From: Peribolospora baueri
Lineage: Eukaryota
Length of the DNA: 64,000 bases
Reading direction: 5' to 3'
NCBI GenBank assembly: GCA_029717555.1
Contig: JAMDHS010000103.1
Location: 1 to 64,000, forward strand
Shown: piece after piece, positions 28,798 to 43,002 of the stretch
How the letters are laid out: each line of letters begins with the position of its first letter
Numbering within the stretch: position 1 is the first letter of the stretch
The notes under the pieces: model-generated
Seen by the model: the letters and a program-made list of their open reading frames with translations, nothing else
Told to the model about the DNA's origin: nothing
Database searches by the model: none
Translations under genes and position numbers: made by a program

Positions 28798-29803
28798 ATG
28801 TTCCGCCCCGCTCTCACCAACCTGGCCCGGACAGCCGCGGCCTCCACCTCTCGCGCCACCCTCGCCGCCGCCGCGAGGCCGTCCATCGCCCGAGCCGCCA
28901 CTGCTCCTTCTGTCACCTTGGCGCCTCGTGTGGGTGTGGAAAGCGTGCAGCAACAGAGGAGAGGGTACCATGAGAACGTCATCAGCCACTACGAGAACCC
29001 GCGGAATGTATGTGGAGGTTTACTCCTAACTCTTACTCGTCTCATTTGAAGTTGTTGTTTCACGCCACTGCGGAGGCTGATCAAACATCAAATGCATGTC
29101 TCCTCTTCCTTCGCTTCATCTGTGGTCTGTCCCTGGCAGGTCGGCTCACTCCCCAAGGGAGACAAGGACGTCGGCATCGGTCTCGTTGGCGCTCCTGCTT
29201 GCGGAGACGTCATGAAGCTGAGCATCAGGGTCGATGAGAATGGCATTATTTCAGACGTCAAGGCGAGTCTGCGCTCTGCCCTTCGCTCCACCTTTCGGGG
29301 TTTGTTCGATTCGACGAGGTCGAATGACGGTTGTGAATTCTCATCTGTTATATCCTCTCCTCATCATTTTCCGTCAACAGTTCAAGACCTTCGGCTGCGG
29401 TTCTGCCATCGCCTCCTCGTCATATATGACCGAACGCGTCAAAGGCATGTCCCTGGACGAGGCCGGAAAGATCAAGAACACCGAGATCGCTAAGGAGCTT
29501 AGCCTTCCGCCTGTCAAGCTTCACTGCTCCAGTATGTGTCTTCGCCTCCTGCCTTGCACAGTCCACACCCCGCAGTGCCGAGCCAGATAAGACTGATGGA
29601 CGTCTTCGTTTCTGTCCTTATCGTTCTCCTCCCCCTTCCCCTCCGATCCAACAGTGCTCGCAGAAGACGCTATCAAGGCGGCAATCCGCGATTTCAAGTC
29701 GAAACGCGACAAGCTCGGAAAGAAGGTCGGCGGTACCATCGAGGTCGAACAGTCTGCTTCCACCGGAGAGACCGTTGCCACGCCTCATGTAGCTAACGCG
29801 TGA
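28798..29803 (+). CDS. ISU1: Mitochondrial Fe-S cluster scaffold Isu1/IscU (4 exons)
   Basis: Arg/Ala-rich presequence; [18 protein letters not shown]...[14 protein letters not shown]...[17 protein letters not shown]...[22 protein letters not shown]. Confidence 0.97.
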
Positions 29804-30274
29804 GGTGGTCGACGCAGCGGTCGGCCAACGACAGACCATGTGCGACCTTCCACCCGGCTCCTAGAGCCCGTCGGTTTTCTTCCTTCTCTCTCTACTGGTC
29901 TCGACTACTACGCCTCGCGCCGTATCGAGTAACTTGTCGATCATGCTGCATCGTGGCCGGTTGGTGGGATGCTCCCCTCTTTTGTGCTAGGTTCACTTAC
30001 GCAGGTGTCTCGTCCTGCTGCTCGCAGTTGTCGTGTTGTCTATTGCCCGGTCTCGTATTTCTCTGTCGTTCGTCTCTATTTTTGCGCGTGCATGTAGCTT
30101 TCGAGTCCTGAATGTGAGAACGATTCCCACACTGGTGGATATACACCAGTACTAGTATTACAAAGTTGTCAAATGCCTATTACAGACACTTCGAATATAT
30201 CCCGGAACACGTAATTGCCGACACGACGACATGCCCAAGTTGGCTTGACTTGCACGGATCGTCTCCCTTCGTCC

Positions 30275-33200
30275 ATGTCCTCCACGCCCTCCCCTCAGAA
30301 GGGGTCTTCGTACCCCGTCACGGGACCCCCAGCGCCATGGAGCCAGCCACAGTCTCGTGTCGGTATATTTGCACCTGTTGCACACGGACGACGTTCGAGA
30401 CGGCCACCCAGCTGGACGCGACCGTGGACGCTTTTGACGCCAGCGCAGCGGGATATGTTTGCGCTCAGCGTCTTCGTCAAAGTCTTGATCTTTCCTGCTT
30501 AGTGAGTTGGATGTGATTCCCAGAAGGAGCAGTGCCTTCCTATCCGCGCTTGGCGCAGCTTGCCGTCGTCTTGTTTTTCAGTCTGTGCGAACTGCCCGGA
30601 CTATTCGTCTGTCCATCTGTCTGACCCTATTCCTGAATGCTGGACCTTGTAGCCATTCAACAGACTTTGAGGTGCATCGCAACTGGCTGGCCATCACTTA
30701 CGAGCTTCCCTTACGGGAGTGGTACTTTGAGGTGAGCGAATATCCCTCTTCTCTCGCAAAGCCAACGTTACGTACTCGTGAGGCCTACGCCTCATCGCCG
30801 ATTACGTCTTGCCTCCCCCCAGGCCACTTCTCAATGGACGCTTGACTACCCGCCCTTCTTTGCCTATTTTTCTTACCTTCTCTCCCTGCCTGCCGCGTTC
30901 CTCGATCCCACCATGGTCAGCGTTCATGAAGGGTTGGAGTACGCTTCGTGGCGCGCAAAGATAGTCATGCGCGGGACCGCGGTCGTAACAGAATTTCTCG
31001 TTCTGGGGAGCGCGGTCATTGCGTGAGTGCTCTTCTGAGCTCGTCCCCCTCTACTTGCTCGCTCTTGCCCACTGAATTTGCTGTTACGGTACGCTCGATG
31101 TTCAGACTCCTGCAACCATCCCGATCGCCCTCGCAGGCCTCAATGAAGCGACCAGACCCGCCGACTTGGCAGCTCTTGCTCTTCTCCCTCTTCCTCCACC
31201 CCGGCCTTATTATTGTCGACCACGTACACTTTCAATACAATGGCTTCCTTTTCGGCGTTTTTCTCTGGAGCGTCTGGGCGGCTAGGGAGGTGAGCTCTAA
31301 TACATGCTCTCCAGATGTTGACGTCTTTTGGAGCATTGAAAAAGAGCCTCCTTCTTTATCGCCCCGTCAGGATCGTCCCCATCTCCTCTGCTTACTTTTC
31401 TCCAGCCTTCTCAACTTCAAACACATTAACATGTACTTAGCGCCCGCCTACGCCGTCTTCATCCTTGCCCGCTACGCCCTTCCTACCTCTCCTTACGTCC
31501 GTCGACGAAGACTCGCCGCCGGCCTCGACCCCTCTGAGGGATTCTTTGGTGGAATCATTGGCACGTGCAAGCGACTGGCCAGTTTGGCTGTGCCCACCTT
31601 GCTCCCATTCATGGCTTCGCTACTCCCTCTCGTCCTTTCTTTCTTCCTCGCCCCGCCCTGTTCTTCCGTCTACCTCGCTGCCCATCCGTCCCTGGCAGAT
31701 GGGCTCTCCTCACATCCGACGTCTTTCGGACGCGCTGCGAGCGCTCTGGACATGCCCACGCGCGCCGGCTGGCTGGGCGTCAAAGCCGGCATGCTCCAGC
31801 TTCTTGGCCGTCTTTTCCCTTTCAGCAGGGGATTGAACCATGCTTTTTGGGCACCAAATTTCTGGGCGCTGTGGACCGGCGTGGATAGGCTGCTACTTAA
31901 ACGTGAGTGTTCGTATGAAAAAAAGTTAGGGCTCAAAGCAGGGTCGTCGATTGAAGAATGGTACTTCCCTCTTGTCTCGTCCCTTCCTAGTATCTTCAAG
32001 ACCACACTGGCTCCCTTCCCGCTTGATTTTCCGACTGCTCCATACCCTCAATCCTTCCTTCCTACCGGAGAACTTTGCGGCGTCTCAGCAAGCGCTCACC
32101 GGCGCTTCTCGGGGCCTCGTGGGCGATATCGAGTTTGCCATATTGCCTCAGATCGAGCCAAGGACGTGTTTCCTTGTCACTTTGGCTGCCATGGGCGTGA
32201 GTTGCGCCTTTCTTTCCCGGAGCTAATCCGCGCTATTTTTGTTTTGTTCGCCACCGTCTCCTTGAAAGATGGCGAGCTGAACAATAAATGAACTAATTGC
32301 ATCAATTGAATGCTCTTCAGGTCTTCTTACCCAAACTCCTCTCCCGACCGACGTACAAGTCCTTTCTTTCCTCGCTCGTCCTTTGTGGCTGGGCAAGCTT
32401 CCTTTTCGGATGGCACGTTCACGAAAAGGCTGTATTGATCGTGCTAATCCCTTTTACGTGAGTGTCTTTGTGTAGTATCGAGATTGCTACCTCTTCCTTG
32501 CGCGCATCGTCGGTGTGGGAAGGCACGCAAGCGGAGCTGATATGTGTGGTATACTTCTGACTCTCGTGCTCGTTTCGGGCTTGGTTCAGGCTGCTCGCCG
32601 CGGAGGACTACGCTCATCTGCGCACCTTCGTTCTGCTCAACACCGCTGGGACGTTCGCACTCTTCACCCTTCTCTTCACTCCTGCCGGTAAGCTAGCATA
32701 TTACCAGTTCTCAGCACGGTTGGGTGGACCTGCTGAGCAGGACGTATGGGTCAGCTGACAAGGGCTTATTTCCGTTCGTCTCCTGTCGGCCCACATATCA
32801 GAAACGCCGATCAAGCTTCTATACACCCTGGCATGGTCGGTCGTCATCTATCTAGGTCTCGAGCGAGTCGTGTACCGGTAAGTGTCTTCCGGAAAAAATG
32901 CGTCTGTGATCATGTGTCACGAGGCAAGAGCCAATGGCTGAGTCGTCCCATTCGCACATGGCTTTTCCTTCTTCCCTTCAAGCGGTTTGCCGTCGCTGGC
33001 CAAGGTGGCCGTGCACGCACTGGAGACAGTGTACTTGTGTTTGTTCCCTCTCCTTCAAGTCTACACCAGCATCATTCACCCAGCCATCTTCTCGAACACG
33101 GCAACGCAACAGGCGGCTGTGCCCGGCAACACGACGACGGCGGACAGCGAGTCTGTGTTCGGCTCCGGTGAAGGTGTTGACGCGCCGTCCGGCTCTCCAA

Positions 33201-33403
33201 TGACGCCGACGACCACCGGCGAAGGGACGATGGAGTTCCTTCCCCTCATGCTCGTCTCCTTGCTCTGCGCAGTGGGGGTGGTCTGGTCCTATCTGCGCTT
33301 CTTGGTCATTTACCTCGGTCGACGCTTCGGGGAGGAAACGGCTGCGGAGGGTCGAACGTTACTGACGAAGACCGTTCCGGCCAAAGGCTCCAAGGCCGAG
33401 TGA
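30275..33403 (+). CDS. ALG8: Dolichyl-P-Glc:Glc1Man9GlcNAc2-PP-dolichol alpha-1,3-glucosyltransferase (multi-exon; start approximate)
   Basis: [97 protein letters not shown]. Confidence 0.93.
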
Positions 33404-34312
33404 TGCGGACGACTGGATTTCTTAAAACTTGCCTCTTCTCGCTCCTACGAGGCCTCGTTGTACTCTAAGATGCTCAATACGCTTTTATCTGTCGGGCCAG
33501 GGCTGCTCTAAAACGCATGCCAGCGCGGTCGAACGCCCTTTTCGGTCAGGTTCAGCCTTCCGGAACTTCCGCGGGCTTGTCGACGACATCCGAGTTCAGA
33601 CGCAGAAACAGGTGTTTCGTCGATGAAATCAACCCTACGCTTTGGAAAGGTCATCTATGTACTCGAGGACATCGAAGCCGGGGACATCGAGAATCGAAAG
33701 AGATATCATGCATGTCATGAAGGACGGCTTGAGTTGGATGAGTCGAGGGCGCTAAGGTCAGATGCTTCAGGCACCATCGGCTCATTGGTCGTCTAGACGT
33801 TGAAGCCAGGCCCCGCGCAGGTTAACCTTCGCATGTGCAAAGGATAGGTTATCGTGGCGAAGCGGATCACAGGTTTTCAAGGTGGTTTGGTCGTATGAGC
33901 TGGCTCCCAAGTCTGAGTTGAGTTTGTCTCCCTTCAAATTCCTAGCTACGTTTACGTCGATCCATTTTAAGGGAGGGGTACGAGACGATCCGCTCGCGCC
34001 CTCATGAATCGCCAAGGGTTTCCCTGCTGAAGACGGTGAGACGGCATGGCCTGTTCGCCTGTCGCTCATCCATCCCCTCGTCCTCGTCAATCGAGCAAAA
34101 AAGGGGCGATCCGCTGCTCATCGCACGATGCGACGGACGAACCTTTGTGTCCAAAAAACTATCCTCAAGTATCTACGCTGCAAGTACGCATCGCTGGGAC
34201 GTGCTTCCGACGGCGGGACGCTATTAACGAGGTATTCGCCCACATCTATGAAAAGCATACGGGTAACTGGGGACGGGAAGAGCAAGCTTTTGCGACCGAG
34301 CCGCCTGCCTCC

Positions 34313-36455
34313 TCATGCGCCCAACCTTTCCAGCCTCTTCATCAACGCCTCCATCCTCTTCTCCACGCTGTCCAAGTTCCCCCTCGTCACCCGCTCGTTC
34401 TCTTCCAAGCTCCGCGAGACGTTGTCCAAGAGGCCTCTCAAGTCCTTCTCCGCTCCCTCCAGCCTGGACACCTCCGCACCGAGGTCCTCTTGACTTCGGG
34501 CGAACGTCGAGGCAGAGGCGTGGAGGGTGCTGAGCGAGCGGAGACGTGAGAGGAGATGAGGGGCAAGAGGGAGAAGAGGCTCGAGGCGCGGGAGAAGGGA
34601 GAAGAGAGAGTCGATGCGGTGAATCGTGTCCGTGTTCAGCAGCGTCGACGATCCTCCCGCGCCGGCTCCGCCACCGCCACCTCCCGCGCCGCCGCCGCCG
34701 CCGGCCGCCAAACCGGAGCCCACATCCGCTTTTCCGGCGCTTACGGCGTCGGCCAAAGCGCCGCCTCCTCCCGCTCCAGCGCCAGATCCGAGCTTGCGAC
34801 GGGCCTCGTGGACGCGCTCGAGCTCGGCCACGAGGACTTTGACTCTGCGCGAGATGGCGTCCAAGTGCCTTGGTTGGGTGAGCAGGGTGAGTTGGTGCTC
34901 CAGGCGGGTCACTGAGTTGAGGAGCGGACGGGGGAGCGGTTGCGTCTGTTACAGAGCAAGCGACGGGGAGAATGGAAACCGAATGTTCAGAACACCTGCT
35001 GGCTAAAAGGCTACCAAAACGAGTCGAGTGACATGCGACGCGGAAAAGGGCGCGGGCGGCGCTGGAAAAAAGAAACAAACGCCGGCCACGATTGCCTTGG
35101 CCCTTTTTCCCTCCTGATCGATTCAGCGAACTCACCTCATCCATGCCCACTTCCCGCGCGCCGACAAACTCCTCCAGCTCTCCAATCCTTTTATCCAACT
35201 CTGCCACCTCCTTAGCCGACGAGCCGGCCGGAACGGCGGCCGCCTTCTTGTCCGCCTTGGCCCCTCCAGCTCCCGCTTTGGCAGCGTCGGCCACCGCGCC
35301 CAACTTTCCGATTAACTCTGCAGCGCCACGGCTCCAGCCTGTCGATCCGACCGGCGCACGGCCGTCTCCCTTTTCCCCCGCCGCTGTACCTTCCGGATCT
35401 TTGTCGGCGTCTCCGCCACCTTTGGCGGAAGAGACGCCAGTAAGATGGATTCGGTCAAGGTCGCCTCGGAGGATGCGAAGTTGCGAGAGGAGCTCGAGGG
35501 GACTCGGACCGATCGCTGTCCCATCTGACGGAGAGGCGGCGCCAGTGGCCTTGCCGTCGGAGGGCCTTGCTTCTGCCGAAGCCCCGGAGGGGTTCTCCTC
35601 CTGCTGCGCCTCCAGCTCCGTCTCCAACTCCTGTACTTCATATCTCAACCTCCTCAATCTCTCCAGCGGCGTCTCCTGCTCCTCCAACTCCGCCCCTTCC
35701 AAACCAGACCGAACTCGACCTGTAAAGAGGGAGGTGCGAGCGGTGGTGTAGCCGCGGGGGAGGAGGGAATAATCTGTCGTTTCGAGGGTCGCGCGCGGGG
35801 GATACGATTGGACGGGCACGCGGCGGGAAATGGAGTCGGAGAAGTCTGAGAGGGGGGCGCACAGGAACACGACAGGGGTGGATGGTGGGTAAGTTTAGGG
35901 ACGAGATGGACGGATGCACATGGACAGTTGATGAACCCGCAAGCTTTTTTTTACTGCTCACTAGGCCTCTCAGCTACGTGTCAAGTGACCACACTTACCG
36001 GCAGCATTCCCGTCGACTGTCTTGCCCTTGAACCTCCTGGCGGCCTCTTTGGGATCGAGCCTCTTGGTCTCGATGTCGTCGGCCAAAACGCCTGGATCGC
36101 CCTTCTTTCCCGCCCTGTCCCTACGGGAGGAGCCACCGGCAAAGCCGTCTAGGGAGTCTGAATCGGAATCCGAGTCGCGCTAGAGGAAGAGAGGAAGAAG
36201 CAGTACGGAGGAGAAGGCACTGTCAGTCAAATCATTCTATCCGAGAGAGACGCGAACGAAGGGGACGAGAAGATAACTCACCTCGCGTACGGCCACTTCC
36301 GGCTCGTCGAACGTCTCATACACATCCGGCGCTGTGTCCTGTGAGGAGCCGTTCACGGGTCGGTCAGTCAGCGATGGAGCACGCCATGGTCGTTGAGGCA
36401 TCAGAGAACAGTGCTCGGCGCTCACAATATCCGGCAAGCCTGCAAACTTGCTCAT
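34313..36455 (-). CDS. DCTN2: Dynactin subunit 2 (dynamitin/p50)
   Basis: MSKFAGLPDI|DTAPDVYET, DFSDSI, ETPLERLRRLRYEVQEL, QLTLLTQPRHLDAISRRVK, LLSRLRSLSTLHASA. Confidence 0.92.
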
Positions 36456-37404
36456 CGTGATCCTTGGTGTGTTCTTCCTCGCCCTTCCGGCCTACTGATT
36501 CGTATGTCGCTGAGAGCACGAGCTTCGGGGGTCCAATCCACGTCGAGCCGAATGCAGGCGAAAGGAGATTTGGCGTCGCACGAGGGACGCAGACGGCAGA
36601 GGAAGAGCAAAGATCGAATGTTCGACTAAGCTAACGAATGCCAAGAGAGTAGCCGGGTATCGTGTGGAATTTCCGTAGTTGACTGAAGGGGGGAGAAGAA
36701 GGAAAGAGGGTAGAGGACGACGTCGGCCGAAGGGTCTCATTGACGACTCGGCGTGCGGGCGTGCATGGACGACGCCGGCACCACGTCCCGTTTAGCTACG
36801 AGCTCTAAGTTTGATGGCCACTCACCCACGTTACGGACTGTACGTAAGTTAGCCAGTCGCTCTCACTCTTACCACCAGCCGAGCTGCGACTGGTCGAAGT
36901 GCGGAGGGAGCGGTGGGCGTCTCCAGTAGCAAGTCGCCCGTCCTGACGATCGATGGCTGACTGCGGTTGCTGCGGCAGGCTGGTGCTCCATTCCCTTTGG
37001 TTGCCATGGACGCTCAGCCTGTCTCGCCCCATTCCACACCTATCTCCCCATCATGTCGTGATGAGAGCTGCTGAATGAAATGGAGCGCGGTAGCATGTCG
37101 ACACCGCCGCCCTCGTCGTCCTTCTCCTCCTCCGCAATGAGAGTTACGCTTTCTCAGGCCGATTCGCTGTCATAAAAGCCGAGAGAAGAAGTGCGCCTCC
37201 CCTCCCTTCACCGCACCTCTTCGCATCGACCGCCGACACTTTATCTCCCGTAGATGGCCCATCGTGCTCGCCCTGAGGCCACTGTCATCTTCTTTCCTTC
37301 ATCATCATCATCGTGGCCGTCACCGTCGTCGTTGTCGACTCGCGCTCCGTCCCCGCTCGCTCGCGATTCAGCTTCCCTCTCCTCGTCCACGTGCGCGATC
37401 GCCG

Positions 37405-40400
37405 ATGAAGGCCATCGCCGCTGTTGAGCGCGCATGTCCGAAGGACGATGTGGGTCAGCACCGAGCCGACACCTCGGCCGGGGGTGACGGCGGACGCGGA
37501 CGACTTGACGCGGAGACGAGTCGAGACGGACAGCTTGCTCTTGCTCTTCCACCTCCACCTCCGCCGCCACCCGCTTCCCAGCTGGGCACCCACGCCCCAT
37601 TCGACGCTCCTCCGGAGCCCGCTCCCAGCAGCTCGGTTTGCCACCCCGGCAAAGGTCACCAGGGCGACCGCCACGGCCCCGTGCGCGCTGCGTGCGGGGT
37701 GCACATCGATCGAGACTCTCGCCAGCGTTCTCCTAGACGGCACCACCTAAACGACCCGGCCGCCGTCGACGGATGCTATCTCTCACCCGTTCTCGCCGCC
37801 TCGCTCGCTGAGCAGCCGCACAGGTCCAACCTCTCTGCCACCACCGGCGATCGCTGCCTGGGTTTGGGTCTGCTGGACGCGCAACAGCAGCATCGCAAGA
37901 GCGTCGAGCGTCATCACGCGAGAAGGATCAGTTTGCCTGCTGCCCTCCTCCGACTCGGTGTCGACGACTTCGATCAGAAGCAGCTTTCGACCTTACATCG
38001 CCGTCGCTCCCTTCCTCGCCTCTCTCTCCATTGGCAGCTCCTGTTCGCCGACGCCCAGCCTCTTCAGCATAAAAACGCGTTTCCGTCGACTCCGCTCGAC
38101 CTCTCTTCTTTCACCTTTCCCCACCCGCCTCCGTTGCCGCCTAGACAGCCGTCCATTTCGGTCCCTGGCCCGACTGTAGCCGAGCGCTCTTCCGCCATCG
38201 TCATCCGCCCGATCCCCCACCGTCCACTACCCGTTCGCTCTCAAGCCAGTTCCAGCACTTCTTCCTCCACCTCGGCATCCCCCGGCACTCCTGCTCTCTC
38301 TCGCCCCAACTTGCCCCCGCCGCTAGACCTCGATAGCGTTGCGGCCTACCATTTTATTCCTGGTGTCATTATCCAGGTGGACGACGGCCCGGACGCGGAT
38401 GAGTTGGGACTGATCGGCAACAAGCTCGACGATCTCCGGCACGAGCAGCGACCTCGCCTCGATCCCCGCCCGCAGCCCGGTTGGCCGCCGCTGGTGTCTC
38501 CTGTAAGAGCAGGAGAAGACGATAGTCCCGCCCCCTTCTTTGACGCCCTCACTTCCCCCATCGCTGCATATACCCCGGTCGCTGTCCGAATTCCGCGTGG
38601 CCACGTGGGCGACCCTTCGCCAGACGGCAAGTCTTGTCTGCTGTCGTCTTTCGATCCAGTCACTCCTCGCAAGCGCCTCCTTGATCACGTCGAAGAGGCC
38701 GAAGGAGCGGTTCCGCTGACCCCCACTCCGACCTTGCTGAGCCGCTCCATGCAACGGCAACACGCTTCCTCCGAACCCTCAACTGATATGAGCGTCCAGC
38801 AGAACGCGGCGACTACGGCTCCCGTGTCGACGAGCGAACCCGTTCCTCCGTCGTTACTGAGGACGGCGTCCGGGAGGAACGAGATTCCGGCCGTCGGTCT
38901 CTCTCCTATTAGGGCCGTCCAGTCGCCAATCCGGTCCGACGCCCAGGCGCTCAGTGGTCAGACCGCCGACATGCAAGCCTCTCTTATGTCGACGAGCAGT
39001 AAAGCTTCGGGCTTCGATGGCAAGCTCGACCCCACTGGCGCTGAGTTCAGGCCGGGAAACTGGGTTGCTCCGGAGCAGTGGATCGAGCGCTCGAACCAGC
39101 AGCACGAGCACCAGCAGCCTAACGTTTCCGTTACCGCCGCTTCGCCTACCCGTCCGCACGGGCCCTTGGCCACATCCACCATGTCCTCGTCGTACCCCCA
39201 AACTGCCGGCGGCCCTGTACCCATCACCTCGAACGTTTCCAATGGCGGAGGCTCTTATCACCACTCGTACCCGCATGCCACCCTCGTTCCTGATGCGTCC
39301 TCGGTACGTCAGCTGCCTCCGGCGCCGATGCTGAGCCCTGGATTGAGCTCGCCGTGCTTCGTGCACTCCCATCTCGACAAGGGGATCAGCCTCGCTGATT
39401 TCGTGCGACACCAAGAAAGGGTCAAGGAAATGGAACGACGGCGCGAGTTGAGGGAAAAGGAGAAGGAGAGGAAGCGACGACGTCGTCGGTATCGCAATGG
39501 CGGTGAACTGCAAGCCAAACACCGGAAATCGCGGACCGTGGCGAAGGAAGGAGGCGACGAGGACGGCGAGTCAACCGAGGCGGACCTCTCCAGTACGCCG
39601 CCGAAACACCACCTCGCGCCCCAGAGCGTGCCCCTGCACGACTGCGAGGAGAACCCCCCACCGCCAGGACCGTCTCCGTCCTCCTCGACCAAGTCGCTGG
39701 AAATTTCACCGGACGAGCTGCCTACTCCGCCGCTCCCGGGCCTCAGGCAGGGAGAGATAATTGGAGGACAGTTCCATGGCTTTAAATCCGAGGCGAGTCC
39801 GATCGCGGAGAGCACCAACACCGTTAAGTCGGGCGTGCCTACCACAGGCGGTGCACAGGCCGGGATTGGGAAGGCGGAGCGGAGCGCAGAGAAGAGCGAG
39901 CACGCCCGACCGAAACTAAACGGAAGGAGGCTCGAGACCAGCTCAGCAGAAGAAGGTAGCTCCGAGACGGAGGCGTCAGACTCGAGCTCCGTTTCAGATG
40001 AAGAGAAGGACGAGGATGAGGACGAGAGGGTGAGGAGTTTGACGAGGCAGCTGGCTGAGACGGCCGTAGGGGTGAGGGAGATGAGAAAACAGCTTGGTGA
40101 GTTGGGCCGAGGCGCGCCACATAGTGTCGCATCACCTATTCGTCCCCTTTGTCTTTTAACCCTGAACGTGGCCTTCGTTCCTTCTTCCATGTCGGCGGTG
40201 TGGCAGGCCGCGCCCGCGTCAAATCAGTAATTCAGTCTGTGCTCATCATCACAAAGGCCAGGGACAATAAGCTCATCAAGCTCACCCGCGAGCTAGCACT
40301 TTGGCTTATGCTCACGCCCAGGAACGGGAAAAATACGGGTATAGTCGTGTGAGTTTCTAGGTCCGCATGGACAGTTTATGTCTCTTCCGCTTCTTACCCT

Positions 40401-42536
40401 CCCGTCTGTGCTCCTCGATTGATTTGCAATCGTCTTCACTCGCCCCATATAGTTATGTCGATTCCCAGCTGCGTACGTCCAGGCGCTTCGACGCCGAGGG
40501 CATCCGTCGCGAATATCCTCAGCTGTTCGCCCCTGTCTCGCGCAGGAGCCCATCCCTATCGTCTTCTGCTTCCAGTCTGGTCAACGAGGCCGATAATGAT
40601 CAAGTTGGTCATGACGGTTCTGCGAAAAAATGCGGACCGTCCAGCTGGAGCAGGAGTGGCAGTGGGAGTAGCGGGTCCGGCAAAGAGAAGGAGGACCAGG
40701 GCCAGTTGAGGTACTGGACGCCGGAGATGTGCTCCAAGAGCCCGCATCTGTTCGACTTTGTCGTCACTGTGAGTCCGTCTGATCGTTTATCGAGCATGTG
40801 GTGGGGGCCAATTCAATGTGGAACGCTCGCTTATCTTCCTTCTTGGTGTCTCGCCTTGTCCCCTCAACAGCTCGGCGGTGACGGGACGGTGCTGTTCTGC
40901 TCTTGGCTTTTCCAGCGCATCGTCCCACCCGTGCTCCCCTTCGCCCTCGGCAGCCTCGGCTTCCTCACCAACTTTAACTTTGACCAGTACCCGCAGGTTA
41001 TGAACAAGGCTCTTGAGGATGGCATCAGGGTGAACCTAAGGATGCGTTTTGTGAGTCTCATTCGGTTACCGAGTTTTATGGCAAAGCACGGGGCAGACGG
41101 GGCTTCTTCTGAACTCACGTGCGCGCTTTCCCTGCATCATTGCAGAGTTGCACCGTCTATCGCGCCCAACCGGCAGGCGATGAGGCTCACCGCCGTCGCG
41201 CGATCCGCTCAGGCCAGACGGGCGAGATTTTGATGCGCAACCTCAAGACTCGCGGCTGGGAGGCGCTCGAAAACCCACCCGGCGTGTGCGAGGGCAGGCG
41301 CGATGCGAGCATGACTCGCGATGGCGGGGAAGCGGGCCGAAAGGATAAGGAAATCATGTGCTTCATCACTCGGCCCGTCGAGACGTTCGAGGTGCTCAAC
41401 GACCTCGTCGTCGATCGCGGGCCGAGCCCATACGTCAGCTTGTTGGAGCTTTTCGGCGACGAACACCACCTCACCACCGTCCAAGCTGACGGCCTCGTCC
41501 TCGCCACGCCGACTGGCTCGACTGCGTATTCGTTGTCTGCTGGCGGCTCTCTCGTCCACCCGGAAATCCCCGCCATCCTCATCACCCCCATCTGCCCGCA
41601 CACGCTCAGCTTCCGGCCTATGCTCTTGCCGGATTCGATGGAGCTACGGATCTGCGTGCCTTATAATTCTAGGAGCACGGCCTGGGCGAGCTTTGATGGA
41701 AGGGGGAGGATTGAATTAAAGCGTGAGTGGCGTTCCGGGCGCACGGGTCGTTCAGAAAGTACTTAAGAGGGGACTCCTAAGGCATTCAACGAGGTTGACC
41801 CAAAATTTTCGTCACCTGTTACCACCCGTTCTCGACTCGCAGAGGGAGATCACATCAAGGTCACCGCCTCCAAGTTTCCCTTCCCGACGGTATGTGCGGA
41901 CAAGCAGTCGACAGACTGGTTCCACGCGATCACCCGCACGCTCAAGTGGAACGAGCGACAGAGGCAAAAATCGTTTGTCGTCGTGGAGGACGACGGCAAG
42001 AGCGGCAGCGGCGCGTCTGGTGTCGCAGGTGACCAAGCCACGGCGCACGAGAAGGACGTAGCGGACGATGTGAAGTGGCAGGCCGAGTCGACGTTTGGAA
42101 AAGTCCCCACGGGCGGCGACACGGAGGAGGAGGACGAGGAAGAAGAACAGTTCGACATCGACGACACCAGCGCCGCCGTCTCTGCCGTCGGTTCGCCCCG
42201 GCTGTTGCCGTCCAGCCCGGCAGAACTTCACGAGCGCGAACGATCGCAGCAGCGTCGATCGACAGCGAGCGGCAAGTCTTCTCGCTCTAGCGGCTCACAG
42301 CGCCGACATCGAGACCGCGCCGAGGAGGACCAGTCAACCGTGCCGTCGAGGGGGGACAGCTTTGATTCAACGATACTGCTCGAGTCGCAGCCTCAGGACC
42401 GGTTTAGGGATCCGATGCCTCACGCGAAACGCGTAAGCGCGCGGCATCGCTCGGACAGTCTACAGAACCGAGAGCTGGAGGAGAACTGGTGGAAGAATGG
42501 ACGTCAGTATCAGCAACAGCAGCAGCAAGCGCAGCA

Positions 42537-42567
<31 letters not shown>

Positions 42568-43002
42568 CACGCGCGCCTCTGGTCTTCGACGCAGCTGGAG
42601 CCGCTTTCGCGCATCCGAGACGGGGATGGAGAGCCGCAGCATCAAGAGCGCACGGCGAGGGCATCGCTCACCTCTGCCAACGCGCTGCCCAGCCTCCAGC
42701 AGCAGGAGGAGGAGAACCGCACGCAAGAAAACGCCCCGGGCATCTCTTCTCCGTCTGCGGGGTCGACCTTGCAAGGACCTACCGACTATGCGTCGGGTCG
42801 ACGCCGGGGCGATACTGGTAGCGGGCCTACGGGCACGAGCTCACAGATAGACTCGAACACGGTCTCCGCCTCCGCCACGGCCGCTGCTGCGGCCGCAGCT
42901 GTGCAGGACGCGGCGGCGTCGAGCGGAGCGACGGAACCGAAGGCTTTGGTGGTTTGGGGCGAGGATGAGACGGATCAGGATGATTCGGAGAGCACGACGT
43001 AG
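37405..43002 (+). CDS. ATP-NAD(H) kinase (Utr1/Yef1-type) with long low-complexity extensions (start uncertain)
   Basis: [11 protein letters not shown] (GGDG motif), [72 protein letters not shown]. Confidence 0.93.

Noticed and set aside
27044..29803. Adjacent mitochondrial genes NDUFA8 and ISU1 as a functional cluster
   Set aside because: Two genes only, with no shared regulatory element visible; adjacency is plausibly chance.
33782..34090. 102-aa minus-strand ORF between ALG8 and dynamitin
   Set aside because: No recognisable motif or convincing exon structure.
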